Origin: Eledone cirrhosa
Lineage: Eukaryota
Reading direction: 5' to 3'
Assembly (NCBI GenBank): GCA_964016885.1
Contig: OZ024743.1
Location: 321,098,001-321,162,000, forward strand
Length of the DNA: 64,000 bases
Part shown: positions 1-11,648 of the stretch, piece after piece
How positions within the stretch are numbered: the stretch's first letter is position 1
How the letters are laid out: the number at the start of each line of letters is the position of its first letter
Program-made: the position numbers and the translations under genes
Notes under the pieces: generated by a model
The model's input: the letters and a program-made list of their open reading frames with translations, nothing else
Told to the model about the DNA's origin: nothing
Database searches by the model: none

Positions 1-3000
1 CAGGACTACATATCCAGTGCTTTTATCGAGAATGACACAGCTAGAGACTTATAGAATACTTAGCTGTGTACAGGAACTGGTTTGAAAGAGCGGTTGCCGG
101 TCCGGCAGAAATTAGAAATTGGAATAAATGCTCTGAAATAGCGATATATATGTGAATATAGACATAGAATATTCGAAAATATTCTGTATGTTTATAATAA
201 ACATTTTGAAGACCTAATCGCTATAGAATAGAATACGTCACGTATTACAATTAGATTCTCGATAAAAGCAAGGGAAGTAATCTACGCGTTTCATTCTTGT
301 TAGAAATCATCAGGACTACATATCCAGTGCTTTTATCGAGAATGACACAGCTAGAGACTTATAGAATACTTAGCTGTGTACAGGAACTGGTTTGAAAGAG
401 CGGTTGCCGGTCCGGCAGAAATTAGAAATTGGAATAAATGCTCTGAAATAGCGATATATATGTGAATATAGACATAGAATATTCGAAAATATTCTGTATG
501 TTTATAATAAACATTTTGAAGACCTAATCGCTATAGAATAGAATACGTCACGTATTACAATTAGATTCTCGATAAAAGCAAGGGAAGTAATCTACGCGTT
601 TCATTCTTGTTAGAAATCATCAGGACTACATATCCAGTGCTTTTATCGAGAATGACACAGCTAGAGACTTATAGAATACTTAGCTGTGTACAGGAACTGG
701 TTTGAAAGAGCGGTTGCCGGTCCGGCAGAAATTAGAAATTGGAATAAATGCTCTGAAATAGCGATATATATGTGAATATAGACATAGAATATTCGAAAAT
801 ATTCTGTATGTTTATAATAAACATTTTGAAGACCTAATCGCTATAGAATAGAATACGTCACGTATTACAATTAGATTCTCGATAAAAGCAAGGGAAGTAA
901 TCTACGCGTTTCATTCTTGTTAGAAATCATCAGGACTACATATCCAGTGCTTTTATCGAGAATGACACAGCTAGAGACTTATAGAATACTTAGCTGTGTA
1001 CAGGAACTGGTTTGAAAGAGCGGTTGCCGGTCCGGCAGAAATTAGAAATTGGAATATTTTCGAATATTCTATGTCTATATTCACATATATATCGCTATTT
1101 CAGAGCATTTATTCCAATTTCTAATTTCTGCCGGACCGGCAACCGCTCTTTCAAACCAGTTCCTGTACACAGCTAAGTATTCTATAAGTCTCTAGCTGTG
1201 TCATTCTCGATAAAAGCACTGGATATGTAGTCCTGATGATTTCTAACAAGAATGAAACGCGTAGATTACTTCCCTTGCTTTTATCGAGAATCTAATTGTA
1301 ATACGTGACGTATTCTATTCTATAGCGATTAGGTCTTCAAAATGTTTATTATAAACATACAGAATATTTTCGAATATTCTATGTCTATATTCACATATAT
1401 ATCGCTATTTCAGAGCATTTATTCCAATTTCTAATTTCTGCCGGACCGGCAACCGCTCTTTCAAACCAGTTCCTGTACACAGCTAAGTATTCTATAAGTC
1501 TCTAGCTGTGTCATTCTCGATAAAAGCACTGGATATGTAGTCCTGATGATTTCTAACAAGAATGAAACGCGTAGATTACTTCCCTTGCTTTTATCGAGAA
1601 TCTAATTGTAATACGTGACGTATTCTATTCTATAGCGATTAGGTCTTCAAAATGTTTATTATAAACATACAGAATATTTTCGAATATTCTATGTCTATAT
1701 TCACATATATATCGCTATTTCAGAGCATTTATTCCAATTTCTAATTTCTGCCGGACCGGCAACCGCTCTTTCAAACCAGTTCCTGTACACAGCTAAGTAT
1801 TCTATAAGTCTCTAGCTGTGTCATTCTCGATAAAAGCACTGGATATGTAGTCCTGATGATTTCTAACAAGAATGAAACGCGTAGATTACTTCCCTTGCTT
1901 TTATCGAGAATCTAATTGTAATACGTGACGTATTCTATTCTATAGCGATTAGGTCTTCAAAATGTTTATTATAAACATACAGAATATTTTCGAATATTCT
2001 ATGTCTATATTCACATATATATCGCTATTTCAGAGCATTTATTCCAATTTCTAATTTCTGCCGGACCGGCAACCGCTCTTTCAAACCAGTTCCTGTACAC
2101 AGCTAAGTATTCTATAAGTCTCTAGCTGTGTCATTCTCGATAAAAGCACTGGATATGTAGTCCTGATGATTTCTAACAAGAATGAAACGCGTAGATTACT
2201 TCCCTTGCTTTTATCGAGAATCTAATTGTAATACGTGACGTATTCTATTCTATAGCGATTAGGTCTTCAAAATGTTTATTATAAACATACAGAATATTTT
2301 CGAATATTCTATGTCTATATTCACATATATATCGCTATTTCAGAGCATTTATTCCAATTTCTAATTTCTGCCGGACCGGCAACCGCTCTTTCAAACCAGT
2401 TCCTGTACACAGCTAAGTATTCTATAAGTCTCTAGCTGTGTCATTCTCGATAAAAGCACTGGATATGTAGTCCTGATGATTTCTAACAAGAATGAAACGC
2501 GTAGATTACTTCCCTTGCTTTTATCGAGAATCTAATTGTAATACGTGACGTATTCTATTCTATAGCGATTAGGTCTTCAAAATGTTTATTATAAACATAC
2601 AGAATATTTTCGAATATTCTATGTCTATATTCACATATATATCGCTATTTCAGAGCATTTATTCCAATTTCTAATTTCTGCCGGACCGGCAACCGCTCTT
2701 TCAAACCAGTTCCTGTACACAGCTAAGTATTCTATAAGTCTCTAGCTGTGTCATTCTCGATAAAAGCACTGGATATGTAGTCCTGATGATTTCTAACAAG
2801 AATGAAACGCGTAGATTACTTCCCTTGCTTTTATCGAGAATCTAATTGTAATACGTGACGTATTCTATTCTATAGCGATTAGGTCTTCAAAATGTTTATT
2901 ATAAACATACAGAATATTTTCGAATATTCTATGTCTATATTCACATATATATCGCTATTTCAGAGCATTTATTCCAATTTCTAATTTCTGCCGGACCGGC

Positions 3001-4491
3001 AACCGCTCTTTCAAACCAGTTCCTGTACACAGCTAAGTATTCTATAAGTCTCTAGCTGTGTCATTCTCGATAAAAGCACTGGATATGTAGTCCTGATGAT
3101 TTCTAACAAGAATGAAACGCGTAGATTACTTCCCTTGCTTTTATCGAGAATCTAATTGTAATACGTGACGTATTCTATTCTATAGCGATTAGGTCTTCAA
3201 AATGTTTATTATAAACATACAGAATATTTTCGAATATTCTATGTCTATATTCACATATATATCGCTATTTCAGAGCATTTATTCCAATTTCTAATTTCTG
3301 CCGGACCGGCAACCGCTCTTTCAAACCAGTTCCTGTACACAGCTAAGTATTCTATAAGTCTCTAGCTGTGTCATTCTCGATAAAAGCACTGGATATGTAG
3401 TCCTGATGATTTCTAACAAGAATGAAACGCGTAGATTACTTCCCTTGCTTTTATCGAGAATCTAATTGTAATACGTGACGTATTCTATTCTATAGCGATT
3501 AGGTCTTCAAAATGTTTATTATAAACATACAGAATATTTTCGAATATTCTATGTCTATATTCACATATATATCGCTATTTCAGAGCATTTATTCCAATTT
3601 CTAATTTCTGCCGGACCGGCAACCGCTCTTTCAAACCAGTTCCTGTACACAGCTAAGTATTCTATAAGTCTCTAGCTGTGTCATTCTCGATAAAAGCACT
3701 GGATATGTAGTCCTGATGATTTCTAACAAGAATGAAACGCGTAGATTACTTCCCTTGCTTTTATCGAGAATCTAATTGTAATACGTGACGTATTCTATTC
3801 TATAGCGATTAGGTCTTCAAAATGTTTATTATAAACATACAGAATATTTTCGAATATTCTATGTCTATATTCACATATATATCGCTATTTCAGAGCATTT
3901 ATTCCAATTTCTAATTTCTGCCGTACCGGCAACCGCTCTTTCAAACCAGTTCCTGTACACAGCTAAGTATTCTATAAGTCTCTAGCTGTGTCATTCTCGA
4001 TAAAAGCACTGGATATGTAGTCCTGATGATTTCTAACAAGAATGAAACGCGTAGATTACTTCCCTTGCTTTTATCGAGAATCTAATTGTAATACGTGACG
4101 TATTCTATTCTATAGCGATTAGGTCTTCAAAATGTTTATTATAAACATACAGAATATTTTCGAATATTCTATGTCTATATTCACATATATATCGCTATTT
4201 CAGAGCATTTATTCCAATTTCTAATTTCTGCCGGACCGGCAACCGCTCTTTCAAACCAGTTCCTGTACACAGCTAAGTATTCTATAAGTCTCTAGCTGTG
4301 TCATTCTCGATAAAAGCACTGGATATGTAGTCCTGATGATTTCTAACAAGAATGAAACGCGTAGATTACTTCCCTTGCTTTTATCGAGAATCTAATTGTA
4401 ATACGTGACGTATTCTATTCTATAGCGATTAGGTCTTCAAAATGTTTATTATAAACATACAGAATATTTTCGAATATTCTATGTCTATATT

Positions 4492-4495
<4 letters not shown>
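1..4495. repeat. Tandem array of a 310-bp non-coding monomer (family A), one minimal hammerhead per unit; inversion at ~1054; retrozyme-like
   Basis: Exact 310-bp period (caggactaca at 1, 311, 621, 931). Orientation flips at shared 'gaata' 1052-1056. About 11 further units run to 4495, then (TA)n. Units are near-identical. Confidence 0.95.
1227..1269 (+). ncRNA. Minimal type I hammerhead ribozyme, family A (repeats every 310 bp to 4327-4369; minus-strand copies 277-319, 587-629, 897-939)
   Basis: gtagtc-CTGATGA-t-ttct-aaca-agaa-t-GAAAC-gc-GTA-gattac. Stem I gtagtc/gattac, stem II ttct/agaa, palindromic stem III acgcgt. Confidence 0.88.
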
Positions 4496-4552
<57 letters not shown>

Positions 4553-4596
4553 GAAAGGTATAGAAAACACTGCAGCGAAAAGCCAACAGCACGCCA

Positions 4597-4750
<154 letters not shown>

Positions 4751-4774
4751 ATATATATATATATATATATATAT

Positions 4775-5097
4775 AATGAAAAATTTGAACAGGGACAGAA
4801 GAGAGAGTCAGTACAATAAATGTTTATTAAATTCACGCTCAGGAGAGTGGGGGGTAGGTGGGGGACGACGTTTCGGGCATAAGCCCTTCCTCAGGTGAGA
4901 AGTGTGTGGGAACAGAGTTCAAAAGGTGTGTAGGGGAGTGGTGGAGAGACATATAGCGAAAGGAAACGGTGCGAATGAAAAATTAACAAATAAAGACAAA
5001 AAATATAAAAAATAAAAATAAAGCATGATCAAAATACAAGGAATGAGAAAATTTAAAAATAAAGGCATGATCAAAATAAACTGAAATTAAAAGGGGT
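4775..5097 (-). mobile_element. Solo PLE pseudo-LTR fragment with hammerhead core at ~4864-4897
   Basis: Minus strand reads CTGAGGA-agggc-ttat-gccc-GAAACGTC, then AATAAA, then (TA)n. Stem I is weak. Confidence 0.6.
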
Positions 5098-5111
5098 ATA
5101 TATATATATAC

Positions 5112-5191
<80 letters not shown>

Positions 5192-5638
5192 GTATATATA
5201 TATATATATATATACGTATATATATATATATATATATATACCTATATATATATATATACGTATATATATATATCGAGATTGATACTTTCCTTTAATTATT
5301 ACACTCCCTTACCTCTTTTACTTCCGCATATAAGTGTACGTGTGTGTAGGTGTGTTTATGCGCGTGCCTTCATATTCTTATGATGTATCTATTCTGTCTG
5401 TAGTTTACAGATACACAGATACATTTGCTCTAACATATATATTTACGCACACTTTTTCACTATACGTATACATTTGTGCATACACATATATGCACATCAG
5501 TGAGCGTATATACATACATATACACACACCTAACTATATTTCTTGAAAGATTTTTATATATTTCATATTGTAATTCATTTGTCTATAATTTTTTTGCTTT
5601 TCTTGATGAGACTTTCCAAGTATTTAGCCATGTTTTAT

Positions 5639-5716
5639 ATTGCCTCGTCTGACGAACGAATGAAGACGTTTCTTTCGTATTCACCTCATTCGGGAAACCT
5701 CTGGTAATGAGGTAAT
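5639..5716 (+). ncRNA. Hammerhead ribozyme in the 5' pseudo-LTR of the PLE
   Basis: attgcctcgt-CTGACGA-(cgaatga...tcattcg)-GAAAC-ctctg-GTA-atgaggtaat, with a 10-bp stem I. Confidence 0.88.
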
Positions 5717-5935
5717 TATATTGTATTGATTTTTATACATTAAATTTTGCTCTGGTACTTACATAGAACACTCTTCACTTCTATGACCTTTTCTGTTTTC
5801 AACGGAAATTTCAATACTTATACAGCTCCCAAGGGAATGATCGCAGCATATTCTACATCTTTATGAGATTGGCACCTTCCAGCCCTTTTAAAGTCGAGCA
5901 CTCTTCAGTCATAGGATTTTAAACCAATACTGAAC

Positions 5936-8034
5936 ATGGATAGATACCCTTTGGATTATCCTGTAAAGAATATCCCAACACCTTCTAATACTCTCTACAC
6001 GAAAATACTGATAGACAAAATAGTGACGGTTGTTAAAAGAATGAGATGGAAAGCTTTGATTCTCGATGGACACTTTAACACGGATTCTACGGAATATTTT
6101 GACATCAAAACTCATAAATACCCGCAAAGAGTAAAATATATGACCGCTTTTGAATTAGACCTAGTTAACCTAATCAACAATATCAATTTCCATAAGTACT
6201 CTAACCCTTTTCAATCTAAGCTATCTAATGACATTTCAACATTCAAATCTTGTAATAATAAGTTCATCTCCGATAAAACTAAAAACCTATATGAAGTTAA
6301 CAATAATTTACACGACCAACTATTAATAGATAATATCACCTCTAAATACCAAATAGCTAATATAAATACGTATCATAATATAAATAAGGAAGCTAAAGAA
6401 TTAGCTGTTTCTTTAAAAATAGATAATAGGACAGAAAAACTTGCTAAACGTAATGCGTACATCAACCTTAAAGATCACAAACCCGACTTTATTAATCGTC
6501 CTAGTTGTAGATTAATCAACCCTGCTAAGACTGATATTGGTCTTGCAAGCAAAAAAATTTTAAATAATATAAATACACACATTAGAAGTAAGTCTAAATT
6601 ACTCCAATGGATAAATAGCTCTTCCGTAATACATTGGTTTAATAATATTAAAAACAAAAATAGTTCTAGATTCATCCAATTTGACATTGTAGATTTCTAC
6701 CCATCTATCACTCAGACCCTTTTAGCGAAAGCTTTAAATTTCGCTAGAAGGTTTACTAATATCTCCGATATTGAATAGAATATCATCTTGCACGCTAGAA
6801 ACACTCTACTCTTTACTGATAATGACACTTGGGTAAAAATATCTAACCCAGAGAGCCCATTCGATGTCTCAATGGGCTCTTATGACAGTGCTGATGTTTG
6901 TGATTTGGTCGGCCTATTCCTCCTACATACACTTAAAGAAAAATTTCCTAACCATATTTTTGGGCTTTATCGCGACGATGGTCTAATACTTTCCCATACC
7001 ACCATAGGCCATAACTTAGATAGATTAAGGAAAGACTTAATAAAAACCTTCGCTAGTTTTAATCTTAAAATTACTATTGACACTAACCTTTCCAATGTAG
7101 ATTTCCTAGATATAAACCTAGATTTGCCTACCATAAACCTAATGAAAACTTAAAATATATAAATAAAGGCTCTTGCCATCCTCCTATAGTTTTTAAAAAC
7201 ATTATCCCTAATATTAGCCATAGGATCTCCACCCTCTCTTCCTCAGAAGCTATTTTTAATAAGGCATCCCCTACTATAATAAAGCCCTCCAAAATAGCGG
7301 TTTTAGCGAACCGATTAAATACATACCCAACTATACTAACTCTATTAAACATAAAAACAGGAAAAGAAAAATAATCTGGTTCACACCCCCCTACTCTCTA
7401 GCAGTTAAAACTAATGTAGGCAAAAAATTCCTAGAGCTCCTAGATAAACATTTCCCTAGAACACACAGATACTATAAGATCTTTAACAGAAACTGTTAAA
7501 ATTAGCTATTCCTGCGGTCCCGCTATTAAGTCCTATATCATCAACAAAAAATCACCTAGAGAAAATCAAAATTGCTCCTGTAGAATCAAAAATGAATGCC
7601 CATTACAAGGTAAATGCAACACCAAGCCATTGTATATGCGGCTAAAGTGACAACCAGCAGCAACAACCATCCAGCCACCAGTGAACGATATGTGAGTATG
7701 ACGCAAGACAAATTCAAAACGCGTTATTACTCACATGTCGCATCCTTTCGACATCCAGAAAAAAGATTTACAACAGCTCTGGCTAGCAGAATTTGGGATT
7801 TGAAAGACCAAGGCATCCAATATAAATTGGAACCAATCTAAAGAATATGCAAGAGGAACAAGAAAATGAACGCTCTGCATAAATGAAAAATATTGGATCT
7901 TGCAAAATCTTAAATCACCAAAGACCTGCCTGAACACAAAGACGGAAATTTTCACCAGTTGCCCACACATGAAATCACACCTGCTTTCCAGCTCATATAA
8001 ACTTAACACACTTTCAGATACTTACCCTCCATAA
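5936..8034 (+). pseudogene. Disrupted PLE polyprotein (RT + GIY-YIG endonuclease)
   Basis: Motifs RLINPAK, FDIVDFYPSI, MGSYDSADVCDLVG, YRDDG, VDFLD, CSCRIKNECP, IVYAAKV..YVSMT..FKTRYYSH. Stop at 6776 and several frameshifts. Confidence 0.9.
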
Positions 8035-8479
8035 ACTCTTATTATTCTCTTTATAACTACCCTTCCTGATTTACTTTCATTGTTATCCTTATTATTAATT
8101 TCATTTATTTTTATTTTTATTTATTTATTTATTTATTTTTTTTTTATTTATTTTTTTTTTTATATTTTTTTTTATATATTTTTTTATTTTTACTTCACAT
8201 CCACCAATAACCCCCCCCCCCCTTTATTCTCCGATTCACTTACCTAATATCTTCACTTTCCATTTTTTACTTCCCTATTTTCTTCACTAACTGATTACAC
8301 AAGTCATTTGCGTTTTCCACTCCGGTTTTTTTTTATTTTTATTTTTATTTTTTATTTTTGCGCAGCCAATCTTATAATTTTATTTTGTACTTACTTATCC
8401 ACAAGTTGTTTACACCCTGTATCTATGTGTCTGAACGCCTTAATGTGTGTATACTTTCTATATATATACACGAGCGCCT

Positions 8480-8585
8480 ACGTATGTGCGCGTGAAATGG
8501 GGTCGGACGGGCAGAGGTCAGCAGCCGAATGTGGGAGTGGGGTGGCGCTAGCTGTCAGTCCATTCTCTGCCTGTTTGTTAAATGT

Positions 8586-8650
<65 letters not shown>

Positions 8651-9680
8651 GTTGTCTCACTTGAGTGTGTGTGAGTATGTGTGTGTGCGTGTGTTGTTGC
8701 CTTGTTCCTCTATATTGGCAGTGTAGTATGTTCGTATGGTGGAATGCTACTGTGTGTGTGTGCGTGTGCGTATGTAGTTGTCTCGTTTGTGGGTTTGTGT
8801 GCGTGTGTTGCTGCATCGTTGTTAACTTAAACAAGCCACCCCATTTCGCTTCTCTCGGATCGATTGTTTATTTTCGGTCCCAGGCGTTTGATAAAAAGCG
8901 TTTCCTTGATACGTAACGTGCCGACGTTTCTTTCAGTCGCTAGAATTGTGACAATGGGCCTTCCATCTTTGTTTCCGCATTTGTCTATGTGTTTCCGGAA
9001 AGACGAGGCCCTAGTTTTAGTGTGTTCCTTGATCCGGACGTGCAAAGGTCGGATTGTGCTACCTATATAGTATTGGTTGCACCTGTCACATTCTATCTTA
9101 TACACGACGTATGTGCGTAGGCAACAGTTCGCATGGCGTATCGGGCAATCTCTGAGGGAGCACGCGTCAGTAGATTCCCCGGGTTTCCTGGAGAGGCATG
9201 TTCGCAGGGAGGGGCCCGAGTGAGTCAGGTGGATGTCGAGGCCCTCCTTCCGTATAGCCTTGCTGATAGCGTTGGTGGTATTCTCTCCCAGGTGTGGCAT
9301 TTTAAGGAAGCACTTGCCTTGGGTGCCTCTCTGTCTCTTGTGTCTGGCGTCTCCCACTCTGTCTGTGAGCGAGGTGGGGTACCCGTTCGTCTCCATCACC
9401 TCGAGGAATCGCTTGGTATGAGTGACACCACTCGCGGGATCGCTGCATCTGTTTTTGATTCGCGCGATCTCGTTCGTGATGTATCCTCTTTTGGCACTGT
9501 TAAGGAGGGCGGACTTGTAGTGAACGAACAGGTCCCTGCAGGCGGCCTTTCGGTTGAAGTTGCAGTGGATCCTTCCCTGTTCCGTGATGTTGATTCGGAA
9601 GTCGAGGAGGGCAAGTGACCCGTCTTCGTTGGGGGTGTTCAACACTGACGTCAATGTTCTCGTCCGTGTTGTTGAACGTG
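8480..9680 (-). mobile_element. 5'-truncated PLE of a different clade (CCHH-type GIY-YIG; Penelope/Poseidon-like); ORF 8827-9654
   Basis: LALLDFRI..HYKS thumb region; VVYKIECDRCNQYYIGSTIRPLHVRIKEH..RKH..KETLFIKRLGPKIN. (CA)n-rich 3' UTR. Confidence 0.88.
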
Positions 9681-10995
9681 GGGCTGTAATACAGGAAAGT
9701 TTTATGCAATTTATGTTTACAAGCCAAAATTGCCTCAGATTTTTTGTTTAAGATGTGGTCTGTGGCGTATAATATTTCCAGGGCCTCAGCGGCGCAGAGG
9801 TCACATGGTCTTTTATTTCCATTATACGATCTAGCCATAGCTAGGATCTCCCATGTGACCTCTGCGCCGCTGAGGCCCTGGAAATAATCTACGCCACAGA
9901 CCACATCTTAAACAAAAAATCTGAGGCAATTTCGGCTTGTAAACATAAATTGCACAAAACCTTCATGTATTACAGCCCCACGTTATACCCTAACGGATAG
10001 TACGGTCTATACGTGGATATTTTACGTCTTGATGTGGGAGCTAAGTATATGTTTTGTTTATACCATTACTTATTTGCATAGTTAAGTATATATTACCCGT
10101 ATGTTTTGTGAAGGGACGTATACCTTCTCGTACGTATATTTGATTGTTTATGTTATGGCGTATAATTTTATATATTCTGGTACATATGGTTTGGCTATGT
10201 GTATACGGGAGTTTTGCGTCTGTGTGAGTATGCAGGTTCGTACGTATGTTGGGTGTGTGTATATGTGTACTTCATGTTTTGGTTGACTTACGTCTCCGAA
10301 CATTCGTGTATTTAAATGAAGGTATGTGTGGCACTTGTTATATACGTATTTATTTATATACGTTTATATAATTATTTATTTATTTGTATACACGCATACA
10401 CACACACACATATTTATATGTGCGTGGTTTTGTATAGGTAACTGTTTTGCGTATGCTTGTGTATGTACGTATTTGTTTGCGTGTATGTATTTATTTATTT
10501 CTATTACTTCTGTATTGTATTTATTTACTTTGTTCTTAACTCTGTAGCGGAGTTTCATTCGGTCTCCTAGTTAGAATTTTAGTCTACGACTTCTGCTATA
10601 CCGTTTACGTGGTTTCGTCTTTGCGTGCTATTGTTCTCCACGCTCCACATATGACGTATTATCTTCATTTTGTTCATTCATTGCCAGAGAACGTCTCTAT
10701 GAACCACCTAAGAGAACATTAGTCTACGACCTCTTTTCTAAATTAAACGTGGTTCTGTCTTTGCGCGTAATTGTTTTTCACCGCTCCTATTTATGACGTA
10801 TATTTTCGTTTTTTCCCGTTCTTTGCCAGCGAACGTTTCCACGAACCAAATATCGTCTTCCTGTCTTCCTCCGGTTGCAACGTTTTTTGAAATATCCACT
10901 TCTGCGTTTACAGATTGACTTTGTTAGTTTCAGAAGATCCCGTTAAGGGTGAAAGCAGCGATTCTTTGCTTAAACTTTAATCTGTTATTTTAGTA
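9676..10995 (+). mobile_element. Severely 5'-truncated Hydra-like PLE with inverted arm (9676-9860) and ~1-kb 3' UTR ending in a hammerhead
   Basis: EN C-terminus WEIL..PCDLCAAE..LNKKSE..CKH on both strands. Inversion at ccatgtgacc 9851-9860. Ends in (TA)n. Confidence 0.8.
10926..10976 (+). ncRNA. Hammerhead-like ribozyme with variant core CAGAAGA
   Basis: agttt-CAGAAGA-tccc-gttaa-gggt-GAAA-gca(gcgattctt)tgc-TT-aaact. Same motif at 46441-46491. Confidence 0.7.
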
Positions 10996-11009
10996 AATAT
11001 ATATATACG

Positions 11010-11040
<31 letters not shown>

Positions 11041-11041
11041 G

Positions 11042-11086
<45 letters not shown>

Positions 11087-11087
11087 G

Positions 11088-11118
<31 letters not shown>

Positions 11119-11300
11119 GTATATATATATGTATATATCTATATATATATATATACGTATATATATATGTATATATATATATATATATATACGTATATAT
11201 ATATATATATATATATACGTATATATATATATATATACGTATATATATATATATATACGTATATATATATATATATATATATACGTATATATATATATAC

Positions 11301-11332
<32 letters not shown>

Positions 11333-11391
11333 GTATATATATATATATACGTATGTATATATATATACGTATGTATATATATATATACTTA

Positions 11392-11425
<34 letters not shown>

Positions 11426-11471
11426 CATACGTATTTATATATATATATATATACGTATATATATACATACG

Positions 11472-11503
<32 letters not shown>

Positions 11504-11571
11504 CGTATATATATATATATATATATACATATATATATAAATATACATATATATATATATATATACATACG

Positions 11572-11643
<72 letters not shown>

Positions 11644-11648
11644 TATAT

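Larger units (their letters stand above)
5275..8480 (+). mobile_element. Penelope-like retroelement (Hydra-clade-like), near full length, 3' end apparently lost
   Basis: (TA)n flank, 5' hammerhead, RT and C-terminal GIY-YIG coding region, pyrimidine-rich 3' UTR. Confidence 0.9.

Noticed and set aside
1-4495. CRISPR array or ordinary centromeric satellite
   Set aside because: No unique spacers or cas genes, and eukaryotic context. The HHR, inversion and dispersed (TA)n-flanked copies argue against a plain satellite.
8490-8565. GC-rich stretch as an HDV-like or other ribozyme
   Set aside because: I could not build a convincing fold by eye.
9500-9904. 134-aa ORF as a novel fusion protein
   Set aside because: It spans an inversion junction and a chimeric junction of truncated elements.
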